NCBI GenBank assembly: GCA_943704425.1
Contig: CALSCP010001980.1
Location: 12,306-76,305 of the forward strand
Source: Ministeria vibrans ATCC 50519
Lineage: Eukaryota > Protista > Filasterea
DNA length: 64,000 nucleotides
Direction of reading: 5' to 3'
The translations under genes and the position numbers were made by a program. Each line of letters opens with the position of its first letter. Within the stretch, counting starts at the first letter, position 1. The notes under the pieces were generated by a model, which worked only from the letters and a program-made list of their open reading frames with translations, searched no databases and was not told the DNA's origin. Below, in pieces: positions 51,115-63,832 of this stretch.

Positions 51115-53202
51115 ATGCTGAAATCAAAGTTGCAAGAGCTGCTCAATCGCCGTCGAAGCGTTGATGTGACGCAGGGGTCGGTAATTGTGTCGACAGCGGA
51201 CGGCAAAACGGCCGTTTCGCCATCGTCTCACAAGAGACGAGTCGCCAATGGTGCCCCGGTCGCCAGCACACGCAAAGCAAGCAGCCAAGAGAACAGTCGG
51301 GCCAACACGGCCGTTGAGGAGCACGACAGGGATGGCATCGAGGCGACGGCAACCTGGCCTATCCCCGAGGGGCGCAGTGCGCGTCGGAAAAGGTTTCGGA
51401 ATGAGCTGTGTGACGTGGCTATGACATGTCAGCAATTTTTTTTTATGAAATGACCCCAATTCGCACTTGCGTAGCATGCCGATCATATATTCGCCCAGTC
51501 AAACACTCGCCAATGCGCTCAAGTCGCGGAGAGAACGCAAAAAGGCGGCAAAAGCTGCACGGGAAGCGGCGCGTTTGGAGGTAACAGGAAGAAAAAAAAA
51601 CTTTTGAGAGGTCTTTTTGACTTTTGTTTGACCCGAAAATGCAGGAAATGCGACGCGAGCTGTGGACATCGCCTATTGCAGCCGAGTTTGTGGGCATCGA
51701 CGCGCTGAGAGATGACATCGAGCGTCTGGAATTGCTGGAAGAGAAACCGCAGGCAAACCGCCAATGTTCTATTGAGTCAACTATCCACGAAGAGTCTGAC
51801 GGTGAGTGGCTTCTGCAGAAACATATATTTAGCGAGAGAGAAAGTAGGGGAAGGGGAGGAGGATAACATCTGATATTTGTTTGTAGAGCCAGTCGTGCCA
51901 ATGGATGGGTCGCAGTTGGAGCGGGCGGTCGACGAGACGTACAACATGATATTCACGAATCCCACTCGCACCAAAAGCTTTCGGTAGCACTATTTTGATA
52001 TACACACACAATTATGTCACAAATGCATCGACTGAGCATGGTGTCATTGCTGCAGGTGTCGACGACGCGTACTGACGGGACGAGCAAGCGAAGACATTGC
52101 GTCGGTGCCGGAAGAAAATTTGATTGGTGAGACGGTCGAGGTGGCGAAACTGGAGAGCATTTCGTCGTCGGATGTGAGTAGGTTTATTGCCAGAGGAGCG
52201 TCGTCGGAGTTGGAGGAGATGGAGGAAGAGGAGATGGAAAGCCAAGAATTTGAAGGAGAAGGAGAAGAAGTAAGGGAGGAGGGAGAAGGAGAAGCGGAGG
52301 AGGAGGAGGAGGAGGAGACGGAAGCAGAGCGGGAGATGCGGGAGGAGGACGAGAAGATTACCAAGTTGTTGCGGGAGGAGATGAAGGCGCTGCGGACACT
52401 GGGTCAGTTTGACGATGGAGCGAGCATCTCGATGGGACTTGATGAGAGTGTAAATTCGGAGGACGAGCGGTTTTGTGTGTTTTCGTCGACGCGCAGTATT
52501 GACTTTGTGCGAGCACACGAGGGTGTGTACGGACGGCGGTCGACCGATTATCTGGAGTGTGTGTACAGCGATGGAGAGGAGGAGGAGGAGGAGGAGGACA
52601 ACGACGATGAGAGTGTGTATACATATGCAGATGTGATGGCGGATGATGCGATGGCGAGTGACTATGTGTTCACAGTGTACTCGGACGCAGAGAACTGCGT
52701 CATGACCGTGCGCGAGCGGGGCCAGTGCAGTGCGGGTGAACATCGGAATGTTGATGATGGTGATGAAATGGAGACGGTCGTGTCGACGAGTGGGCAAACG
52801 GCGCTGTCAGGGACAAGCACACTGCCACGGGAGGTCTCGTACACGGACAAGGCACTGCGACGCGCGAGTGCGGCGCGTGCCATTGCGCAGCCGCAGTGGA
52901 TGCGCAACAACATTGCGTCGCAGAAACGCACACGGGAGGAGTCTTTGCGCGGGCAGCTAAAGATGGCGTTTAAACAGAAGCGCGAGATGCCTCAGTGGAT
53001 GAAGGACAAGGTGGAGTCCATCCGACGGAGCGGGCGGGCTGTCGAGCGGGCAGTCTCGCTGGCTGAACCCCACAAGGGCACTGTTGTCACTGTGCCGGGT
53101 GTTGTGACGCCGAATGTGCGTCGCGAAGAGTCGGTGCGGGGTGAAAATGGAGAGCGCATGCCGTTCACGTTGATTCTCCACCGGACTGCAGCGAAGTGCT
53201 AA
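51115..53202 (+). CDS. Uncharacterised multi-exon protein with an acidic region; start uncertain (possibly 50909)
   Basis: 365-aa terminal ORF with coding-like composition and plausible upstream GT-AG exons; no recognised family. Confidence 0.55.
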
Positions 53203-53708
53203 ATTATAAGCACCACGGTCTCTGTTAATTGTTATAAGTACCAGGGTCTCTGTGTGTGTTACAATGTTTCATATTATTACTATTATTATTAGTCGTACGG
53301 TTGGATTTACCGCAAATCATTTAAGTGAAGAAGAATCTTTTCATTTCCCCAAGAATACAATTGTGAAGGATTGTGTTGACAGAATAAATAATTAGTAATG
53401 ATATTAATGAGATGATCATGAGCTTTTCGTTTCTGTGTGTTTTATCATTGGGTTGTGAGAAAAGCATTCGTTTCTTTTACGTCATAAGAAATAATAATAA
53501 TAAGATACAATATATTAATGATATAGCCAGACCGTCTTGTAAACTCAACCGAAACTCTACAAGAAACCAGTGCCACTGTAGTCTGTAGCAGGTCAGAGTA
53601 CTGTGTCGTCGCTTTTAATAATACCCAGAAGAATACAACCCATTTATATGATCAGTACTTGATTAAAAAAAATAGAATAAATCAATTTTATTTATCCTTT
53701 TAATTCCA

Positions 53709-55401
53709 ATGGTCAGCGTCAAGTATCTTTCGATCGGGATTGTCGCACTACTGGTGGTGCTTATGTACAGTCTCTTTTCAACAGCATCCACCTGCAATCG
53801 TGTTGCTCGTCCCTATCGGTCTGTGGGAACTTCGTCCCAAAAACTCGGCAGAGCACTCATACGATTATTCTCTTCTCTCTCTCTATCTATCTTTCTATTT
53901 TTCGTCCCCAGCTCATGCACTGGCTCCTGTACAAACTCTGACTCTGATCTCAAGCTCTGCGAAGCGTGGGCAAAGGTAAAGAAGAGACAGCGAGCTGAGA
54001 AGTGAGACTGTTCCACTGTAGTCCAACGCAGAGCGTCGCAAAACGGCTCGCGCTTGGCTCACGCACGACCTTCCCTCGGTACAACGCATACAGTATACAT
54101 GGCAGACTCTTGCTTGGCCGTTGGCTAAGTCTCTCTTAAACGCATGTGCTCGCAGTGGGTTCTTCCGTCGCTCAATGCGGGCGACTGGCGCGCCTTCTCC
54201 ATGTTCCCCAACACGTACGCCTGCCGCGTTGGCGTGCAGCTGTTTGGCAGCGACTGGATGAAGAAGAGCGTCTGCGACGTCCCCTTAATACCCACTCCGT
54301 GCATTGTCTATTCGTTTGGCAAAACAGACTTGTCCGCTGAAGTGTCACTGCAACAAGCAACAGGTCAGGATTGTGTTCTGCTCTGCTCTGCACACACACA
54401 CACACACACAAAAAAAAAAAACAACCCTCATTGCGCCACTCACAGTCACGCATACACTGCTGTAGGGTGTCGTGTACACGTGTTTGACTCCACGGGCGTT
54501 CATGCAGCATCTCCTCACAATGGCATTTCGGTCCACAACGATTATAGCATCAGCGACTCCGTAACAATAACAATAACAATAATTATAATAATAATAATAA
54601 TAATAAGAAGAATACAACCCATTTATATAACCAATAATAATACCAATAATAATAATAATAACAATAATAATACCAATAATAATAATATTAATTATTAATA
54701 ATAAAATAATAAATTTATTAGGAGCAAAACATATAAATTATAATTATTATGAAGTGAAGAGAAATTAATAATAATAAATAAAATATATTTTTATTATTAT
54801 AATACAATATTATTATAATAATATTAATAATAAATTATTAGTATTATAATTATTATTATTTTTATTATTATGTGTATTCAATTACTAAAAATGTTGTACG
54901 CTGTAGGACGGATACAACGCAAAAACATATGTGAATGGACTTCGACTCAAATCTATTATGAAAAATCTCAATCACGATTTCACCGACATTCTCATCCTTG
55001 ACATTGAAGTGCGACTCAATAACAGTAATAATTTGTATGTTTCGCTGATCCAATTATTGGTTTGTAGGGAAAAGAATGGAACGTTCTCAATGAAATTCTT
55101 ACCAACGTTTCGGACGAAGAACTTCCAGGGCAAGTCATTGTGGACGTCCACTTGGCAATGGTATGATAAATAAAAGAACCATTCTGTGATGATTTTAAAC
55201 CTCTGTCTTTATTTTTCGGAAAAACCTTAGAAATTTCTGTCGGAAGGTGCCAAACCATTTGACAGTCTCAAAGCACTCATTGAGAAATTCGACTCCCGCG
55301 GATACCAACAGTTTGCTGTCAACGTGGACTTTCGCTTTTCAACAGCCGCCACCTTTTCCTTTGTGCTTGATTTGCCCCCAGAAACGGAAAAGACCCAATG
55401 A
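53709..55401 (+). CDS. Type II membrane methyltransferase-like protein (METTL24/Methyltransf_22 family)
   Basis: N-terminal signal anchor, CIVYSFG, GCRVHVFD, LKSIMKNLNH...DILILDIEGKEW, QVIVDVHL. Confidence 0.75.
54561..54870. repeat. (AAT)n-rich, very AT-rich intron
   Basis: AAT/TTA triplet runs. Confidence 0.9.
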
Positions 55402-55633
55402 TTTATATGAATATAAGACACGATCTCATTCACTATCAATAAGAAAAGAAGTTTAATAGAGAATAGAATACTAATGTCAATAATAAAATTTAATATTATT
55501 ACAAGGAGATGAAAATAATATACAACATTACAATACTATGGCTCATTCTCGGAATAAAATCCGACGTGACCGGTCCATTGTATTCGCTTCACTCTCATCC
55601 GGATCTTCCACAAAGCCCTAAAATATCTTACTG

Positions 55634-56512
55634 TTATGACAACAAATAAACTGATTTTGTTTGTTTGCTGTATACGTGAAGATCAGGAGCAGGAACAAAG
55701 GCAGGGGGGAGGGCGGGACGGAGGCCGTGGTGTAAGAGAGGAGGGCCGAAAAGACGGAGTGGGGGGTTGCGTGGGGAACGGAAGTCATGGTGTAAGAGAG
55801 GGGGGCCGAAGAGACGGAGAGGGGGATTGCGTGGGGGGCGGGGAGAGCGACGGAGGAGACGGTCGCGAACAGCAGCGCATTCATACTGTGCACGCGCACT
55901 GGTGTCTGGCGTGCGCTCGATGAGATGCTGGAAGGAAGCTCGTTCGAGAGCATGTTGCCAGAGAAAGGAGTCGTTGGCAAGACGACGGAAACGACGCGAG
56001 GTGGCTGCAAAAGCGCAGAGGGAACGGACGGCCGTGCTCTGCGGAGGAATGGAGAGCAGCTGATATAGAACGAGAATGACCAGCTCGTCCGGCAGACGCA
56101 TTATGCCATAGTCTGAGGCAGCGGCGGTGCCGGAAATCACGCGTGACCGGTGTAGAAGACGGTGTGTGAGGGAATCGCGCAAGTTCAGTGCGGTGGTCGT
56201 GTCGCAGAGGGACGTCGAATACACAACCGTGTCGTGCACACCGGCCACGACAGCCCTTCCATACACTGCACCATAAACAGACAAGAAATGTGAGTATGCA
56301 GCTGAGACATCGCCAGAGAGCGCGGGAAACGGACCACAGACGAGCTGGTTGAGCGGTTGAAGGAGAATGTCGACTGCGAATGTTGAGTCGCGGCTGTGCC
56401 TGGCCTCCAACGACGTCTTCCTTGCCCCCTCCAGCCTAGCAGCACTTGGGGCTTCGTATCCGACCTCCTTTAGTGCCATCACGACCATGGCATACGCAGT
56501 TTCTGGTGACAT
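55634..56512 (-). CDS. F-box protein with Pro-rich tail (FBXO7-like layout)
   Basis: IMRLPDELVILVLYQL...LCAFAATSRRFRRLANDSFLW is an F-box; duplicated PRNPPLRLFGPPLLHH tail. Confidence 0.75.
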   Translation of the reverse strand: MSPETAYAMVVMALKEVGYEAPSAARLEGARKTSLEARHSRDSTFAVDILLQPLNQLVCGPFPALSGDVSAAYSHFLSVYGAVYGRAVVAGVHDTVVYSTSLCDTTTALNLRDSLTHRLLHRSRVISGTAAASDYGIMRLPDELVILVLYQLLSIPPQSTAVRSLCAFAATSRRFRRLANDSFLWQHALERASFQHLIERTPDTSARAQYECAAVRDRLLRRSPRPPRNPPLRLFGPPLLHHDFRSPRNPPLRLFGPPLLHHGLRPALPPAFVPAPDLHVYSKQTKSVYLLS

Positions 56513-56652
56513 ATTGATGAAAATAATGTGGTGTTGATTAACTTGATTTTGACGATCATTCGATCAAAACACACATATTCGACAATTCAAATTTCAAAGT
56601 CGCAGTACACCAATTGACGGGCGTACGCGGCCGCGTATACTATACTTCCATC

Positions 56653-58695
56653 ATGCGTGAAATGGTGTTTTTTCTGTTGAAAATGGGCAGAAAGTTGGGG
56701 CGTCTTGTCTTTGAGGTATGAAACACAACTTCTCATCAGGAAACAGTCTCAATCGTCCCGTATTCATTGTGGTGTGCATAGCTGCGCAATGACAAGGCTC
56801 CCAACTTGTGTGGTACGCATTTGGATCAAGCATACTGTCAAGAAGTTGTCTATATTCGCGCTGGTTGTCGTCTCATGGCGTTTGGCTATGCTTAGAGAAC
56901 TTTGTGCGCCTCTGCGACGGCTCTGCCAAGCCCACGTTCACAGACACGAGGTTCTTTCGCATCACTGAATACGTTGCGCAAGGGGGTGACACTGTCAAGG
57001 ACGATGGAAGCAGTAAGCAGAGTCTGTTCAATGAATGCCCGAATTCCCTCGTTCATGTTATGGGTGTCACTCACATATACACAGAGTATATGATGATGTA
57101 TATTGCTATAGCACTCACCACAGACACCACAGACACACACACACAAATATACTCACTCACTCACTTACTCCCTCTCTTACTCACATCTCATTGTTTTCTG
57201 TCAGGTGGCGAATCAGCGCTTCGCAGACCACTTGCGCCCGAGTGGACCGGATTAAAGCACGTCAGTACGTGAACAACTCGAATAATGACACAAGTACCAC
57301 CACCACCCTCTGATTCTTCGTGATTTCTATGCTTTTCTTGCTTTCTCTTGCCAGAGGGATCTCTTTCCATGACAAAAGGTGAGAGTTTAACGTAGCTCGG
57401 TATAAAAAGTCGGTCTGATCAACGCCACTTCATTATAGCACCACTTCGGGAAAAGAGTATTCGATCTCAATTTTTTATTACACTCTGCGACGAGGCGCCG
57501 TGGCTTGACGGAAAGCATCCTGTGATCGGAAACCTCGTGCAAGGCCATCAATATCTTGACGAAGTACGAACGCGCATGTCATGTTCGTCTTTTGCTTTTT
57601 GTTGGCTGTTTACGATGTGTGTGTGTGTGTGTGTGTGTGTTTGTTTGCTTTTAGTTGGCCAAGTTTGCGACGGAGAAGGGGAAGCCACGAATGCCGGTGT
57701 TTATTACAATCAGTGGTATCTGTCGGTATCATCCTATTGTGTGGAAGAAGTACCCGGCGATCACTGCCGAATACGCGCGATCGCGAGTGGGCCCTGAGTT
57801 GGCGTTTATGGCGGATCGGCTTGAGGAATTGGAAAAGGACCGAGTGGAGCATGATCAGGTATAAGAGTGTTTGAAAGAGACTACGACACTATGCCCAAAC
57901 ACAAACATGATCTCTCTTTCGAATCGCTCAATACGCACACACACAGACACACACACACACTTCTTAATTCACTCACTCACTCGCTCACTCATCATCATTA
58001 TCATCTCTATCTCACACACATACTTGCCGCTGATACTTTGGTAGCTGGAAAGTCTGATGAAGCGGGGCCACCTTCAAGCGATGCAACTGCGAAACAGAAA
58101 CGGGTTGAAGCGCATGATCGAGGTACCCGAGTCGGAAGAAGAGGAGCAACTGCGGAAAAAGGTGCAGAAGAAGATGGCAGGGAGTTGGTTGTTTAAGCAG
58201 TTTGATGAGATGGAGCGCGATGAGCAGTACGAAATTCAAAAGGCAATAACGTATGTGGCCAACGACGGGCAATGGTTTTGGAATGGCGGCCGGATAGTGG
58301 AGCACGGCGAGTTTGATGAGTCGCCCGAGCTGGTACAAAAGGAGGCAAGACTGGCGCAGGAGAGATGGAAGGGGCCTGGGCTGGATACTGGAGAAGCTAA
58401 CGACGACGTTGGAAGCAGTGGGGGCACTGAAGGAACAAGTGGGAGACGTGGAAGTACTGAGGGAACAAGCGGGAGCAGAGAAAGCGCTGAGGGAACAAGC
58501 AGGAGCAGTGAGAACACTGAAAAGGCACTGGAAGGAGAGAAGAAAGGAAAGAAGAGAGGAAAAGCAGCCCCAAAGGGAAAACGAAGCGCAGCCAAGTCGA
58601 AAGAAACGGACCCGTTGACTGAGGCACCGAAGGAAGTGCCAAAGAAGCGACGCGGAAGACCTCCAAAGAAAAAACCAGATCAAGGCGTCCAATAA
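56653..58695 (+). CDS. Cyclophilin-type PPIase with C-terminal extension and AT-hook
   Basis: VFF...LGRLVFE|L..KAP.LC|ENFVRLC, FFRITEYVAQGGD, GESA, GSLSMTK, SQFFIT...WLDGKHPVIG; C-terminal KRRGRPPKK. Confidence 0.88.
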
Positions 58696-58762
58696 CACAC
58701 ACACACACACACACACATACTCACATACTCACTCACTATATAAAGAATCTTGTAATTATCCG

Positions 58763-59807
58763 TCATTTTGAATGAGAGGCAAATATGGACGCGAGGTCAT
58801 TGCTCCTGGCCTCCTCATGAGTGGGCATGACCATGGACAAGGGCCCTACGTGAGCCAGAACGGCCTCCACTGCTGTGTTAATCGCACTCCCGACGACGTG
58901 TCCACCCGATGGCGTCAGGTGCAGCCCGTCGTTGAGATACACCGATGCCCATTCGTCGTTTGAGTCCTACACACAGCGGTTGCAATAAATAATCATTAAT
59001 AATTATTATTATTTATTCTCTCATTGTGAGGGAACTTCTGCAGCTGGCTTACTTGTAATTGTTGCCAAAGGTTTACGGACAGCGTTCCTTCGCTCTGCGC
59101 CACTTCTACGCCCATTTTCGCATACTCACTAAAATAAATAATAATTAGAAGTAGACGAAGACATTACCAATATTATCAATCACACAGAAAATATAAATTG
59201 AAGTATGGAGGAGAAACTATGATTGATGCTCCTTTCTGTGTTTCTCTACCCTGTGACAGCGTTTTTGCGCCACTCTCTGCGACTGTCGTCGATGGGTGGC
59301 GGAGTGACAAGGATGATGGACTTTCGATCGATGCCCAATTTCTGAAAAAAGGCGATAATCACTCGCAGATTGTGGGCATATTCATCAAGAGGAATGTGTT
59401 GAATGGAGCCGGGAATGGCGGCGTCGTTGGCGCCGAAGAAGACCACAACGGCGACGGTGTTGCGCAGGGATCCTGGCGGAAACAGCAGAGGCAAGGAGGC
59501 GCAGGCGTTGCGCGTTGTGTAGCCCGAGAGACCGCGACGGACTATGTCGACTTCGCGTTGTCGCCCCTGCGCGATTTCTGGGGAGAATATGGAGGCAGAG
59601 AGGGACGTATGAGAAGGAGGATAGGCTGCACACGCACCACACACCGGTTGCCCAGGCCCCGTTGGCCGGCAATAGAGACTGTTGCGTGATACTATCGCCG
59701 AAGAGCAAAATTTGTTTGAACTCGTTCGACCACGATCGCGATCCTTGATGAAACGGCGCTGCGCTCTGCTCGATGAGCTTCTGAGCCACCTCGCTCACAC
59801 TAGACAT
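58763..59807 (-). CDS. IAH1: SGNH/GDSL esterase, IAH1 family
   Basis: LFGDSITQ, RRGLSGYTT, FFGANDA, ILVTPPP, DGLHL. Confidence 0.92.
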
Positions 59808-60132
59808 TGAATAAAGAGAGAAAAGATGACTAAATTTACAAATGAAGCGAAAAGTTTGCGAAAAGTTTAGACATTAGATATCGCTCTTGCTCTGTCTCCC
59901 TTTGAGACCCTTTCCTCCAACATTGCTCAAGTTGGTCTTGTCACTCTTGTCCAATCCACTTCACACCTACCCATTAACCATAAATAAGCCATAAGGCCCA
60001 ATGGGCTTGATCGATCCACGGTGGATTGGAAGGGGGTTGTCATTGATTATTCAACGGGCGTTCTATTAATAAAATATAATAATAATAATAATAATACTAA
60101 TTTTTCTTGCCGATCTGGGTGTCACAGCGTCA

Positions 60133-62521
60133 ATGGACGAGTGGCTCAAAAGCCAAAATTTGGCGGCCCACGCGGAGAAGCTCAAAGCGGCAGGCTTTGA
60201 CACGTTGGAGAAGCTTGCGAGGATAACAGCGCCCGACGCGAAAGCGGCCGGGCTGCTTGCGGGGCACGCGAAGAAAGTCAGTGTCGCTGCCAAGCAACTT
60301 TTGTCGAAAGTGGTTGTGGAGGACGACAGCGTCGAGGGGGTCGCAGTTGCGCGGGTCCCACGGGACGCTGACGCCAGTGGTGAGCCGCCCCGCGCGGTGG
60401 TGCGCGAGTCTGACGCGCTGTTTGGGCTGGATGAGCTCAACAAGATGACGTGCGACTTGGACCAACTCCAGCGCACTCTTTCAACCAACGCGCGTTTCAG
60501 CTCGGCCGAGCCCACCTTTGCGGAGATTGCCAACGAAGTGGACATCAACGCCATCATGACCGATCCGGACGCGCTCGTTGTCGACGGCGAGGCTGACTAC
60601 TTCGGAGACGATCCAGTCACCGGCCCTGCTCCACCTGACGTTGCCGCTGCTGCGCCCGACGACACCTCGCCGTCGTCGCGCGCCAGCAAGCGTCAATCTC
60701 GCAAGGCATCCACAGTTGCTGCGCGCGGCGTCAGCCCTGGTCCCATTACAGAAATCCGCCGTGCCGCACCGCAATCGCCCACTGTGGTTCCCCTCCACCA
60801 AAACTCAAAGCTCGTCATTCTGAACGGCGAATGCGGGATGGCACCGGAAGGCACCGTCTTCCACGAGGCAGCGCTTAAAAGCAAGCAGGAAAGCATCCGC
60901 GAAGCCCTGCGCAAAATGGAAGCAGCACAACGGCAGTCACTCACGATCCAAGTGCTGCGCGAGGACACCGGAGACCGCCTTGAGGAACACGAGATTGACT
61001 CTACCATGGACGCACGCGCTGCCCTGAACCACATTGTGGGTTCTAAGCGCGCCAACAGTGGCGCTGAGTGTGCTCTCGTTGAGTGTGTTCCCTCCTTGGG
61101 TTTGGGTCAGTGTGTGCACAATCAGTGGATAGGCCATTGTTTACAAAATTGTACGTGTCTGTGTGTTGCTGTGTAGAGAGGCTTTTGGAAGACTTTGAGA
61201 ACGTGTCATCGTGCCAAAAACTGTGGGGTTTAGAGGTAAAAAGAAGCAAAAATCAGCTAAGCTTAGCCCTAATCCTATTCCAACTCTGGTCACAGGTGTC
61301 GTCTACTCTGCAATGGAGTGTACGCACACACCCCTCGCGGTACAGTCTGCCAGCACCACATGCACTGCGGTTTGGCGCAACCCTTCACGACTCATTTGCG
61401 CCACAATCGCTTCCCGTTCAGGCCCGTCTGGGTGTGCGTCCCTTCTCAGCCCGCACTGCCCGCCTCAGACCCCTTTGGGTGGTCGTGCATGATTCTGCCA
61501 TTTACTGTCGCAAGGCAGAGGAAAAGGTGCCTCCCTCTCATGCGCATTCCATATTGTGTGTGTGTGTGTGTCTCTCTCTCTCTTTGTGACTTAGATAAGT
61601 TTTTCTACCGATCTATCTATCTCTATTTATCTATTTATCTCTATCTCTATTGTTTGTGATATGGTTTACAATTGATTCACTCACTCTGTGTGTGCGATTA
61701 GGGGGAGGAAGAGCTGATGTTTAATTTGGCGGATCATGAGCTCTCATTGGCACTCGATCAGTTTGATCGAAACAAAATCTTACTCAATCACTGTTTCTGG
61801 TAACAATAAGATCCTCTGAACTATCATTTAGACACACACACACACACACACTGAATCGTGCATCCTCTCCAACTCAACTTTCTCTGGCTTATGTTTAGTA
61901 TTCGTCCGACTCGTTCGTTTGATTCTTCTACAATGACTCTCTTCAAGTGTGAGTCTGAGGATATGCTCACCCTGTTTATTTTGGCAATAAGAATTGCAAA
62001 GGTATGTAAAAAAGTCTTTGATTATTGTGTCAACAACAAACTTACGCATTTGCTCATTTTTATCTCAATTACTCAGTCACTAACTCACATACCACTTCAG
62101 CTATTCAAACTACTTATTGAAACACACACACACCATTCACATATCATTTACTCTGTGTAGCACGGGATACTGCTTAAGCGTGCATGGGAGACATGGATCC
62201 CTCCTGCAGCCGTAGTCAGCACAGCGCATGAGCGCACGCTGGTCTCCGGCACACCCACTGCCACGGGAGCGACTGGCGTCCGCGCGTCGGGTACCCAGAG
62301 TGACAGTGACAGTGAGTATTCCAGTGTTTATGATGGCAGTTCGTCCGGTGGTGGTGGTGGTGGTGGTGTTCTCAGCTCATTCATCACCCACCAGAAGCTC
62401 ATGGGAATGCTCCTCAGCGAAGAAGACAACACAGCCACCACCTCAACCTCTTCTACTAGTGATACTACTACTAGTGCTACTACTACTAGTGCTACTACTA
62501 CTAGTGCTACTACTACTAGTG

Positions 62522-62555
<34 letters not shown>

Positions 62556-62853
62556 GCCTGCGCCTGTGCTTGCCCCCATCATGACTCCTCCAGCTCATTC
62601 ATCTCTCGCCCCCCTTCCTGTCAAGGTGCCCCTTCGCCCTTCGTCGACCCCTCCCGCCGCTCCTCCTCGCACCGTCATTCCTCTCCCCTCCTCCTCCATC
62701 CCTACCACCAACAAGCCCCCCACTGCCCCCCCCAAGCGACGTCCTCCTTCTTTCGTCCTTCCCCCTGTTCCCTCTCGGGCTTCTCCTCCTTCCCTAACTG
62801 ACCCCCCTGCTCCCTCCTATGTCCCTCCACCCCTCTTTGGTCCCCCCCAATAA
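60133..62853 (+). CDS. SAM + RA + PH + proline-rich adaptor of the MRL (RIAM/lamellipodin/MIG-10)-Grb7 family
   Basis: N-terminal SAM (EWLKSQNL..HAEKLKAAGFDTLEKL...GHAKKV); KQESIREALRKMEAA..SLTIQV; LVECVPSLGL|ERLLEDFENV; LFILAIRIAK|HG; Pro-rich tail, no SH2. Confidence 0.85.
62450..62555 (+). repeat. (ACT)n-based coding repeat (SATTT, poly-Thr)
   Basis: AGTGCTACTACTACT units. Confidence 0.9.
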
Positions 62854-62921
62854 TCTATGTCTCTCTTTTGCTCTTTCATGAAAACCATTTTTGTACATTC
62901 ATTTCTTCACGTCGCTCGACG

Positions 62922-63711
62922 CTACTTCTTTGACTTTTTCGACTTCTTCTTCTTGGCCGGGGTGCTCTCCTTCTCCCCCTCCTCCTCGTCGTCGTCGTCC
63001 TCCTCCCTCTCGCGCTTCTCCTTCTTCTTCTTCTTCTTCGTCTTGTCCTTCTTCTCGCCGTCGTCGCCCTCCAGCGCGTGCTTGACAAAGCGTCCTGCCG
63101 CCGCCTTGTCCACCCTGAGCGCACGCCCTTGCTCGTCCGCACTGCCGCCCGTCGCTGCTTGCTCTGCCGCCCGCAGCTTCTTCATGTACGACTGGATTCG
63201 GTCCAGCTCCGCCTTGACCGGGTGCTGCTGTGGCGTAATGCCCTGCGTGCCGAGAAGAATCGGTATGTGAAGAAAAATTGAGAGGATAAAAAACCGAAAT
63301 TCGTTCCGTACTGTCGTTGCCAGATGCATGAAGAAGAGTGCGTTGGACGTGTAGGCAAGTACAAGCTCTAGTCTCGCTCGCTCCAGCGGGGAGGGGAGTG
63401 AGGCTTTGCGCTGGGCAAGAGGAAGCTACACGCACGAGACATCAATGCGCACACTCACACACACTTCCAGACACACACACACACACACACACACGCACGC
63501 ACACACGGAGTTACATACACACACTTACATACACACTTACGCACACTTACACACACACTTACACACACATTCATACACACACACACAGACAAAACCTTAC
63601 AGAGAGGATCGGCTGGAGCGTCTCCTCCAGCGTCTGTATGGACGACTCCACATTGTCCAACTGCGCACGAACGTCACTCATGACGGCTTCAACATCTTCC
63701 TCTCCGCTCAT
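62922..63711 (-). CDS. C1D: Exosome cofactor C1D/Rrp47
   Basis: SPLERARLELVLAYTSNALFF, TQGITPQQHPVKAELDRIQSYMKK, RVDKAAAGRFVKHAL. Confidence 0.92.
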
Positions 63712-63832
63712 TTTTCAAGATGCAAAAAAAGGTTAGTGGTCGAGGAGAGTCGGGACAGAACGCGTGGGCGATCCGATCAATTGAACGAGTGATGATTGAA
63801 TACTTTTGATCTTATTAGCGACACAATTTTGA

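Noticed and set aside
54113-54129. CTTGGCCGTTGGCTAAG resembling the U2 snRNA 5' stem
   Set aside because: No GTGTAGTA branch-recognition sequence or Sm site follows; it lies in a short intron.
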